Shown here piece after piece: positions 41,572 through 55,722 of a DNA stretch of 64,000 bases (the first letter of the stretch is position 1; each line of letters starts with the position of its first letter). Source of the DNA: Eledone cirrhosa (Eukaryota); contig OZ024741.1 in NCBI GenBank assembly GCA_964016885.1, positions 170,748,001-170,812,000 on the forward strand. The letters run 5' to 3'. The notes under the pieces are model-generated. The model saw nothing but the letters and a program-made list of their open reading frames with translations. It was not told the origin of the DNA and did no database searches. The translations under genes and the position numbers were made by a program.

Positions 41572-44500
41572 AAAACCCCGTGACCAAGAAATACCGGGAT
41601 GGCGGCCGGCGGGGAATAGCCGTGACTCTAAGGGAGAACGACCCCTCTAGTCTTGGTTGACACTCGTTCTAGAAGTGGTAACACGAAATGATTACCCCTT
41701 GGCGGATAAGGATAAAACGCGACAAAATAAAGTAAATGTCTAATGATAAAATCTCATACCGGATCGGCCGTCACCCGGGTTAAAAAGGGCCGCGTCCCTC
41801 AGAGAGGAACCAGACTGGGGTCGAAAAATCAGCTAATGGTTCAAACCTTCCCATCACTTCGGAGCTGGAGACCTCCCATAACCGGAATACTCCTACTGTT
41901 GGCCCTCCATGCTCACCACCAAGAAATCCAAAGAAAAAGAGAGAAAAATGGTCAAGGGAAGATAATAAAGAAGTCCTTGAGGCTTTCTACACTGCCATGT
42001 ACTACCCATCAAATACATCGAATACAGAACAGACATATATCAACTGAAAAAAGAAACATCCTGAAAACAGAGGCTATATTGACAGTAACAAACTAGTCAA
42101 TATACGAAGAAATATTGTAAGAAACAAGTTACTAACTGATATAGAAATTGATCAGATCAAGCTATTAGCACGAAGTTAGCGTAGGGAAAATGAAACATGT
42201 GTCAGTGAAAACGAGGTAAATTGTAACACTTCGAATCCCAGGGTTGGGGCGGAATCACTGGCAACAGAACAAATTAAAGAAAGGATCGAAAAAGTAGAGG
42301 GAGTGCATGCTCAAGATGAAACTCCAAATGAAAATAATGTGATCGTAAATGATAAAGAAATGAATGAGAATGAACTTGCCAACTTGAAGGATGAAATTAT
42401 GATCGAATGGATGAAAATGAAAGAATCTGACATGGGGCAACGAGACACCCCGCCTAAGATACAGAACTCCAAACAGAACCAAAAGATAATACACAAGATT
42501 AACATAATTCTCAAAAACATTATCATCACAAACAAAGTAAACATTACTGATTTAAATCATCTCTATTATGCATCGGCTAAAGTCACCACTCACTTATGTG
42601 GAGTGAAGATGAAAAAACAAAGGAATTCCCACAAGAAATCTACTTGGCAAGAGAACATCAATCGCCAAATAAACCTTCTCCGATCTGACATAGAAATGTT
42701 AACAAACTATAAAGTAGGTGAACATGTTAAACAAACTAAACTTAGAAAATTGAAAAAAAAGTACAGTATAAAATCAACAAGTGACATAGACATGCTGATA
42801 GAAATAATCAAGCAAAAAGTGTCGGCCAAAGCTGCTCGTATAAGGCGCTTTGAAAAACGATCTAGATTCTATAAGGACAATAATATGTTCAAAAACAACC
42901 AAAGAAACTTCTACAGAAAAATTGGTAAGTCAACAATAACTGCTAAATCAATACCACCCAAGGAGGAGGCGCAAGAATTCTGAGAAAAGATCTGGGCCGA
43001 AGAAAAAGTTCATAATATACATGCTCCATGGATAGACAGACAAATGAAAGATACAGCTCACCTTGAGGAACAAATATGGGAAAATATAACAGTTGAACAG
43101 TTGCGCATGGCTCTAAGAAAAACCAGCAAATGGAAATCCCCAGGAAAAGACAAAATACAAAACTTTTGGATAAATGCCTTCACAGAGTCTCATGAGCTGT
43201 TAGCCAAACTTTACAATGAAATAGTTAAGGAGCCAGAAAAGATACCATCATGGCTAGTTAACGGCATTACATTCCTGCTTCCGAAGAATGATGAGACAAA
43301 CAATCCCCAAAATTACAGACCGATAACTTGCTTGACCACAATGTATAAAATTTTAACATCAGTCCTAACTGAATACACATATGAATACCTGATAACAAAT
43401 GACCTATTTCCCATTGAGCAGAAAGGTTGTAAACGAGGCTCATATGGCTGTAAGGGTCAGCTTCTGGTTAACAAAATGATACTGGAAGATTGTCATAATA
43501 GATACACAAATCTATCGATTGCTTGGATAGATTATAAAAAAGCATTCGATAGTTTGCCACACAGTTGGATTGACAAATGTTTAGAGATTTTCAAAATATC
43601 CCCCGTTGTCAGGAGGTTTTGTCATTCAGTATGAAGACATGGAAAACGACACTCCTTTTGAATAGTGAAACAAAATCACTGGAAGCTGGAGAAGTTAATA
43701 TTAATTGTGGAATTTTTTAGGGTGACTCTTTATCACCGCTTTTATTCTGCATCGCACTTTTACCTTTAAGTAAAATGCTCAATGAAACAAAACATGGATA
43801 TAAAGTCTATGACAAAACCATTAATCACTTGTTCTACATGGATGACCTGAAACTATTTGCAAAAAATGATGAACAATCGCAAGGGCTATTATCCACTGTG
43901 GAGCAGTTCAGTGATGACATTAAAATGGAGTTTGGACTAGATAAATGCGCCAAAGCAACGTTCGCCAGAGGAAAGCTGCTGAAGAGTTCAGACATTAATC
44001 TTGATCGGGGGAACGTGATAAGAGAACTTGATCAAGAAAAAAACTTACAAATATCTAGGTGTTTGTGAAGGAGACGGAATCAAGCACTCGACAATGAGGG
44101 AAAGGATAAGGAAGGAATGTTACTGCAGAGTAAGAGTAATCTTAAGAACGGAATTGAATGCAAGGAATAGGATCGATGCCATAAACACGCTTGCCATACC
44201 AGTAGTAACCTACAGTTACAATGTCATCAACTGGTCAAGCACAGAGATCCGTAGGCTCGATACAAAAATTCGAAAATTCTTAACCATGCAGAGAATGCAT
44301 CACCCTAAGGCAGATATAGATAGAATATATCTCCCTAGGAAAGAAGGAGGACGTGGGTTAATCCAGTTAGACATTGCGTTGAAAACTGCAACAATTGGAT
44401 TATCTACATATCTAAGGGAATCACATGATTGGATGATCAAACTCGTTTTGAAACACGAAAGCATCAAAAGATCATATTCCATTACAAAAGATGCACAAAG

Positions 44501-45531
44501 ATACAGTAATGGACTACACATTTCAGAAGTCCCATTTACTGCTGAAATGGAAAACAGAAAAAGCAAAGCAGGTAAAAGTAACTGCAAAGAAAGAACTGCT
44601 ACAGAAACTGGCTAAGAAATAGCAAGAAAAGCCTCTGTATGGAAAATACCCAGAGCGAGCTAACAATCTTGATGTTGACAAAACTTTAACCCATCAGTGG
44701 TTGGCATCCTCTGGACTGAAATCGGAGACTGAAGGACTGATTATATCAGCACAAGATCAGTGTCTGCCAACAAAAAATTACCAAGCCAACATAATAAAAA
44801 ATGGATGCAGCCCATTATGCCGTGTATGCAAAAAACAACCATTGACCATATAATTTCAATGTGCAGTCCTATAGCTCCAACCGAATACCTAAACAGGCAT
44901 GACAGAGCTGCACAATACATACATTGGATAATGTGTAAGCATTTTGACCTGCCCCATCAAAAGAATTGGTGGGAGCATCAACCACCTCCCATACTTGAAA
45001 AAGATCACATCTCAATCTTGTGGAACTTTAGCATCCAAACAGACCGAAAAATAGATGCAAATAGACCTGATATAATATTGAAGGACTTTAAAATGAGGGT
45101 ATGCCTGCTAATTGATATGTCCGTTCCAATAGACAAGAATGTATCTATAAAAACATTTGAAAAATTGTCAAGTATAAGGTCTTGGAGATAGAAATTGGAA
45201 AAATGTGGAAATTGAGAACTAAAACAATACCAGTGGTTGTAGGCGCTCTAGGAATGATACCTAAGGGTTCTAATGATTACTTATCGCAAATCCCAGGAAA
45301 CCTGCGTATAGGAGAAATACAAAAGATAGTACTAATGGGAACTGCCCATATACTAATGTCAATATAAGTACATCACAAGTCTAAACACTAAAGATGCATG
45401 TGTGAGTATGTATGTTCTTTCTTGAACATGGCGGACCTTGTTGTCTCTTGAGGTCACTGGTTGTGACTTGGTGGTAACTCGTATGAACATAAAGCAAGAT
45501 AAATGCAACTGTAATAATAATAATAATAATA
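41572..45531 (+). mobile_element. Second R4/Dong-like family, near full length but frameshifted
   Basis: Fragments 42303-42983, 43044-43634 (KWKSPGKD, NYRPITCL, WIDYKKAFD), 43775-44068 (FYMDDLKL), 44028-44615 (GGRGL), 44760-45367 (RPD..D..VP); (TAA)n tail. Confidence 0.9.
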
Positions 45532-46677
45532 ATTCTGAGATGGAATGTTGCTGAACAAAAAGATATGGATAGGAAGACTAGGAAGCTATTGACTATCTAC
45601 AACATGTTCCACAAGAGGAGTGATGTCGATAGACTCTACTTAAGGAGATCTGAAGGTGGAAGAGGTCTTATCAGCATAGAGGACTGTGTTCAGATGGAGC
45701 AAAACAACCTATACAAATACGTGACTGATAGTAGGGAGCCAAAGCTCAGGATTATACTGAAGGAGAGGACAATATACCAGGGGATGTCCAAGGAGGAAAT
45801 AACAACAAGGAGAAAGAGCAACCTTCATGAAAAATCCCTTCATAATACCTTCTTTGAGAAAACTGAATTTAGAAATCCACAGACATGGAACTTGTTGAAA
45901 AGAGGAGACCTTAAAAAGGCTACAGAAGGAATGTCAATGGCTGCGCAAGAGCAGGCCCTCAAAATGAAGTGACTGAAACACCATATTTACAAGGAGGAGG
46001 CTAGCCCACTGGGTAGGATCTGTGGAGAGAGAGAGGAGACTGTGGCTAACATTGTATCCGAGTGTAAACACCTAGCCCAGACTCACTATAAAGGCTGGAG
46101 ACATGATGTGATGGGCAGGGTGATCCACTGGCACATATGCAAAGTAAACAATTTACCACATTCTGAGAAGTAGTATGAGCATAAACCAGAGTCGGTGATA
46201 GAAAACGATCTGTTGAAGGTGCTGTGGGATTTTAGTATACAGACGGACAAGAAACTGGAACACAATAGACCTGAGCTGGTGGTTTTGGACAAGGAAAAAA
46301 GATCGTACCTGATTGTAGATGTAGCCTGCCCATTCGACACGAGAGTGCAAGAGAAGGGGAGGGAGAAAATTAACCGATATCAGGATTTAAAGTGGGAGGT
46401 AAAAGGATTTGGATCTGCCATGAAGTCAAAGTGGTCACGATTGTCATAGGCGCACTAGGTACTATCTCAAACAGTTTCCAAGGATGGTTAAAGAAAATTA
46501 GTCCCGCCCCGCTTTTTGGAACACTTCAAAAGGCATGCTTGCTGGGAACAGCAAGAACCCTCCGATACGTCCTGAATATCTGAGGCTGCAGGTAGTGGCT
46601 TGATATTCATTTCAACAAACTTTCCAGTTAAATAACATCAATGACTGAGACTCAAATAATAATAATAATAATAATTA
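45532..46677 (+). mobile_element. Older 5'-truncated copy of the first R4/Dong family
   Basis: Colinear with 39181-40310, with stops and frameshifts. Confidence 0.9.
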
Positions 46678-46695
46678 TTATTATTATTATTATTA

Positions 46696-49604
46696 AAGTT
46701 GACAGGGGGGATCATCAACAACAGATGGTGGGGGGGCTCTCAAAATAGAGATTAGAGTAACTTCGATAGAGTTCAGCAAAGAACTAGCGTTAGAGGAAAA
46801 TAGAAAGGAGGGGGAGCTGGTAGATAAGTTAGACGAGGCTATTTGTAGTGGCATCGCAACTGACGTGCTAGCGGCGAGAATGGCATTAGACCATTTCTTC
46901 AATGCCAAACACGAAGGTTGCATTGTCAGAGCTAAGGCGCGTGCGCTGAGAAACGAGGGAACTAAAGCTGTTCGATGGGCCTGCGTCGCGGAGGCGCAGC
47001 GTGGTAATAAAACCACAATTCGGTCTTTGGCGGACCGATACGGACACGAGATAAGCGATTCCGAGCGGATGTGTGAGGCCTTTCGCCAGCACTTTGCTCG
47101 GTTGTTCAGGGAGAGTGGCGAGTCAGAGAGAGTAGCGGATTTCAGTCCTTACCTTGACGGCTTGCCGCGCATCTCGACGGTCGACGCTGAGCGCTGCGAA
47201 AGGCCGATTACTTCACCGAAATTCAGGACGCCCTTGTCGGCTTCATGAGGCGCAAGTCACCCGATTTGGATGGCCTGCCCTACGAGCTTTACGTAAATAT
47301 GCCAGACTTGTTCTCCGAACTCCTCGAAGCACTCTACTGAAACTGGCAGCAGAATGGGAGTATTCCCAGTTCTGTGAGCAGGGGAGTGGTGACGCTGATA
47401 AGGAAAGACGAGAACAAGAGGGATACATTAGACAACTTCAGGCCCATAATTCTGCTCAACACAGAGTTTAAGATTTTGGCCAAGGTGTTAGCAAAGAGAT
47501 TGGCGCTTGTCGTCGAGGATTTGGTTGGGGAGGCGCAAACTTGCGCAATCCCAGCCAGGTCCATACACGACAATCTCCACCTCATGCGATACATCATAGA
47601 GAGGGTAGGGTGTAAACCTGGTTTCGGTGGGGCACTGATCAATTTAGATCAATCTAAAGAATTCGATACGGTCGACCATCGGTATCTGGAGTTTGTCCTC
47701 AAAGCAGCAGGCTTCGGCCCTGTCTTTAGAAGCTGGATCGTTGCAATGCACAGCGGCACACGCTCGGTGGTCAAGGTTAATGGCCACCTCTCGGAACCAT
47801 TTCGGCTCTCCCGATCGGTCCGTCAAGGGTGCCCTGTCTCTTCCCTTCTGTACGTATTGACTCTCGAGCCTTTACTGCGGAAGCTGGAGCTGTTGCAGGG
47901 CATCCCGCTTGAACCGGGACGTGGAAAGGCGGTGTCGGCTTATGCGGACGACATTACCGTGATGGTGTCGAACACCTCAGAAATCGAGGCGGTCGGCACC
48001 TTATTGAAGGAATATGAAAGGTTGACCGGAGCCAAACTTAACCCGGAAAAGTCGGTGGGCTTGCAGCTCGGAACCTGGAGAGGTAAGCCCATGCCGTCCA
48101 ACAGCGTCGTGGGGCGCTGGACGGACGGACCTGTAAAGTTGTTCGGTGTTTGGTTCGTACCAGACCTCCAGGTGGAAAAGAATTGTGACGAGGTAACGAG
48201 CAGAGTAGCCAGTCTCACCCAAAAATGGGCTGGGAGGAAGCTATCACTGAAAGCTCGCGCGGAGGTGGCGAATGCATACATCGTGTCCGTCATCTACTAC
48301 CGCCTAACCGTCGTGCCTTGCCCCCGTCCGCGCCTGTCAAGTTGGAACGGCTGCTCTTCAAATTCTTGTGGAGGGAACAAGTTCCGTTGGTGAGGCGGTC
48401 CATCTGCTGCCAGCACCCTCTACGCGGAGGGCTCGGCATGCCGTGGCTAATGATGCGCAGACATGCGTTGAGGCTGCGACATCTCCAGATATTCTGCCTC
48501 AATGGTGAACAGGTGTGGTCGCCGTTTATCAGACGGGCCTTTCCGCAGCTCATTTCTATGACTGAGCTGCAGTCCTGGGTCAAGAAGAGACCGAGACTGG
48601 GTGACTGGCACCTGGAATGTTGCCAGGCACTCACTGCCCTCTACCAAGCGGGCAATGCGATCAGTGGAACTTCCACTCTCGAGTTCTATAGAGGATTAGT
48701 GGTGGGCAAGTGCGATGACCCACTCGGAGAAGCTTTGGCCCTCGACAAAGTCGAACTGACCAGTCTGTACCGGAGGACTTTTGAGCCGGGGACGATGGAC
48801 AATTTCCAGAAATCCCTCGCTTGGCAGTGCTACCGGGGGTCACTGCCGGTTCGGGATAAACTCTACAGGCACGGAAGTGCTGTCAGACAGACCTGCCCAA
48901 GATGCGCACAGAACGACGAAACCGTTCTGCACGCACCTGTCCAATGTCCGTGCATTACCGACTTGTGGAGTTATGTCGAACAGCTACTGTCGCGTGTGGA
49001 ACGAATCCGGCTATCGGCCGAGTACATAGTGAAAATTGAGCCGCCCCCTTCCTTAGGTCAGGAAGAGCAGGAAATTTTCCTCTGTCTGGTGGCAGTTGCG
49101 AAAGAGATTATATGGTGGAACAGGTTGAAAGGACTAAAGACAGACACTTTTCTCTTCGTCCAATCCCTCATCAACTTCTTCAAGTTTCACCTGGAAAGGA
49201 GGGTGAGGGTGGAGAGAGAAGTGCTGCCCCCCAGTACATTTGCTAAAAGGTGGGTGAATGTGGCGATAATGGCTCGTGTGAATGGGCCTACTCTGACCAT
49301 GCGCCTATAGGCTAGCTAACTTGAGGAGAGGGGTGCTCTCCCTGGGTGCCCTAGAAGCGCAGGGTGGTTCAGGATTGGTGGGGTACCCGAATCACCCCAG
49401 GGTCGTCCACCCCCTATCGGGGAATTTATTTTGTTATATATTATGCATAGTTTATTTAATATTTTTATATTTTCATTGTTAAATTAGTCTTGCCATTGTG
49501 CACTTTTACTCGACCTTATTGTAAACCCCCACTGTCCCTGTCTTTGTATTGTCCCCTACATGTCGGCCATTGTGGCTAATAAATGAAATCATTATTATTA
49601 TTAT
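46696..49604 (+). mobile_element. Tx1/L1-like LINE, 5'-truncated and frameshifted
   Basis: NFRPIILLNTEFKIL, LDQSKEFD, VRQGCP, AYADD, zf-RVT; AATAAA followed by an (ATT)n tail; (ATT)n upstream. Confidence 0.9.
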
Positions 49605-49609
49605 ATATC

Positions 49610-49874
49610 TGTAAACTAAAGGTGGAAAACTGGGAGAGGGCACTTGCCTTGGTGGTCAGGGTCATTGTGGCTTTTTACTGGGCTTTCTCCACAAATGTCC
49701 CTCCGAAGTCTCCCCCCTATTGGGGAATTTTTCTTTGTTATTTTCATTGTTATTTTTGTTACATCCTCTGTTTTTGTTTTTTTACACGCAGAAATGCCCA
49801 TTTGTACCGTCCTGCATTGTCCTGCACTGTCCTTAATGTCTACTTTATGTAAACCCTTGTGGTTAATAAAGAAA

Positions 49875-49933
<59 letters not shown>
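49610..49933 (+). mobile_element. 3' UTR fragment of a related Tx1-like family
   Basis: Ends ..ttgtggttaataaagaaatc(att)n, like 49570-49604. Confidence 0.6.
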
Positions 49934-49947
<14 letters not shown>

Positions 49948-49989
49948 ATATATAGAGAGAGAGACAGATATATTACCCGCATTAGATAT

Positions 49990-50899
49990 ATATATATTTC
50001 TTCTGAAAAACGAAATTCCAATACATATCTGTATACAACTATGCCTGAAGCTAAATTGTAATTCTATTCTATTACTAGCAGTGGTACCCGGCATTGCACG
50101 AGATAAAGTATTGTGAAATATATAACCGCCTTAGCTAAGCTTAGTATTGTCACAACCACGGCTGGCAAAGAAATAAGTGTGATATTTGTCTTGAGCAAGG
50201 TTGGCAAAATAACCGGAGGCAGCAGACAGCCAGACACACACAGATATTATAAGGGTGCGTTCTGGACGTAGAGCCAATTGTAGGAAGTGACGTAATGCAG
50301 ATAGCCAGACATTCAGACAGATATTATAAGGGCGCGACGTTATATGTATGTATCTATCTAAAACGAGAAAGACTAAGAATTATAGAGAGATATCGCTAAA
50401 TCGCCTAATGCAGTCCCTAGGGCATTGAAACTTAGAAATTTATTTTGCCCAGAACACTCCCTGAAACATAAGTATTATATGTGTAAAGTTTGAAAACAGT
50501 TGGTTGAGTGCTTCTCTAGTTTTAGGGATTCAAACTCACACACATACACAGACAGACATCCTCAGTTTTATATATATAGATAAGTTGAGTCAACTGATAC
50601 AGCTTCATATGCAAATGAGATAAATCACCTCATTTACACAGACGAGGAAATGATATATTCTCGACTCTTTTCAAAGTCCAGCAGTTGCAAGAGTGCTGAT
50701 GAGAAAGATTTCAGTTCGAAACGTGCATCCACGATTGTCCCCCTTGCTTCTGCTGGACTCCGCCAAACGGTATTAGTCGCTGGTGTTTTAGCATAGCTAC
50801 GGCAATCCCAATGTTTATTTTAAGCATACCGTATATCTTCTGAAATACGAAATTCCGATATAAATCTCTATACAACTATGCCTGAAGCTAACTTGTAAT

Positions 50900-50905
<6 letters not shown>
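49990..50905 (+). mobile_element. Retrozyme-like ~330-nt repeat with terminal redundancy and HHR, split by a Helitron
   Basis: 49990-50065 recurs at ~50830-50903; period 837 minus the 506-bp Helitron gives ~331; HHR at 50693-50732. Confidence 0.65.
50075..50580 (-). mobile_element. Non-autonomous Helitron A
   Basis: Minus strand starts TCTATATATATAAAA and ends with hairpin (tcgtgcaatgccgggt) then CTAG; inserted at A|T with no TSD. Confidence 0.8.
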
Positions 50906-50933
<28 letters not shown>

Positions 50934-52435
50934 ATGTCGCAATATTCTCATAACTATTCTTATTTTATTTGCGCCAATTCCACTTTCCCTCTTTCTACTT
51001 CTTATTTATTCTCTCTCTCTCATTATCGTTCCCTCGTTTTTGTCTTTTCTCTCCTCGTCAGTCTATTCTACTGTCATTTATCTTTTAACTCAGTAGATTA
51101 TAGAACATCTATTGTTAATGACTGTCACTGAACTACATGTCGTTGGCGAAAATAATTTGTTATCTTCTTCCAGTCTTTGCATGTTGTACATTTTACGTGA
51201 TAAATCAGTTGCCTTATTAATGTTAGGAGCACTATATTTATATATATGCCTCGCTTTTGCCGAAAGACCTCCGAATATTTTCCTGTCCATTTTCTATTTT
51301 CTTATTGCCTGACATGCATCTCTGTGATTGCCTCAAACAATTCGATTATTACCTGCTATAATGCAGCGACAAATTCGATCCATACTTAATATAATATTAT
51401 TCTCCAAGTTTCATATATGGGATCGATAACGGTTTAGTTATTCTTGGCTAAATACACTATTTGAGAGCTTTAGTAATGTGGCGGTAAAAATCTCTTTGTT
51501 TTCACACCCTCTAAACAACCTCCAAAATTCAACCAGCCTGACCTTCCGCTTTTGAGATAGGTCATGTGACAACAGAGACAGGATTATACTATGGCGAGAA
51601 TGCCTTTGCTGTCAGATCGAACTTTAGACATAAGCAACAGAGCATGCCGATGAAGGAATCTCCGGTTCGATCGTGGAGGAGCACACATGCATTGCATGGA
51701 AATTGTGCAACTTGTTATATAACTTCAAGAAGTCCCAGAAATCTATCTGAGATTATCATCGATTATATCGATTTTAATCAATATGATATGGTCCAGGTAC
51801 GTTTTCAACCTTTCTGTATTTATCGTTGTTGTGGTATATGTAGGGTCACTGCTTTCGGTCATTTTTCTTGGTGTTGCTCTTTTAACTGTTCTATTGAGTG
51901 CTTTGTGATTGCCTCAACTCGATTAGCCCCTGCTATATGGCAGCTACTACTTCGATTCATGCAATTCTACCTTTACCGCTAGCCATGTGATGATTTTCAT
52001 CCCTTTTGAATTCGTTACTAACGGCATTCAATTTGGAAATTTCGTTCCTAACTGAGGAGGGAGTCTCTTGATAAGCTCGGAGCCTCATGGATAATGCAAC
52101 AATTAGACATTTCCACAAAGTAGGGGTGAAACTGTCAACAGTCAGGACTAGAGGAATATTGGTAACGTTTATCGATTTTTTCATGAAACTTACTTTCTTA
52201 ACTTAGCTCCGTTTAAATGATTGTTTGTCCAGTTAATTTCTATGGACTAAGAGGAAAGATTAGGTAAATGTTATCCGACTGTTCCTCATACAGGAATATC
52301 GATAACATTTATCTGTTATTACTTCAAAGATACATTTTAAACTTAGCTCCGTTTAGAAGATTATTTATCTGGTTAATTTCTACGGACTAAGAAGAAAAAC
52401 TGGGTAAAATTTATCTGACTTCATCAAACTTATAA

Positions 52436-54945
<2,510 letters not shown>

Positions 54946-54946
54946 T

Positions 54947-54977
<31 letters not shown>

Positions 54978-54998
54978 GTATATACATATATATATATG

Positions 54999-55090
<92 letters not shown>

Positions 55091-55140
55091 TTATAAGTTT
55101 GAAAAACTGTCAGATAAAATTTACCCAGTGTTTCTTCTTA

Positions 55141-55722
55141 CCCGGCGTTGCACGGGATAGGGTATTATGAAATATATAATCGCCTTAGCTAAGCTTTGTA
55201 TTGCCACAACCACGGCTGGCAAAGAAGTAAGGGTCTGGTGGTACGTAAGTAAGCAACACTGTGGCTTAAAACGTGAGGAAGAAGTTGTGTGCACTTACCA
55301 GCTGTTTGGGGAATGAGTGTGAGATATGTCTTGAATAAGGGAGGCTGAATAACTGGAGGCAGCAGACAGCCAGTCATACAGACGGATATTATAAGGGCGC
55401 GTTCTGGACGTAGAGCGAATTGTAGGAAGTAACGTTTTGCAGACACCCAGACATACAGACAGATATTATAAGGGCGCGACGTTATATGTATGTATCTATC
55501 TAAAACGAGAAAGACTAAGAATTATAGAGAGATATCGCTAAATCGCCTAATGCTGTCCCTAGGGCATAGAAAATATGAAATTTATTTTGCCCAGAACACT
55601 CGCTGAAACATAAGTATTACATGTGTAACGTTTGAAAACAGTTAGTTGGGTGCTTCTCTAGTTTTAGGGATTCAAACTCACACACACACACAGACAGACA
55701 TCCTCAGTTTTATATATATAGA
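55141..55722 (-). mobile_element. Helitron A paralog lacking its last few 3' bases
   Basis: Colinear with 50087-50580. Confidence 0.8.
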
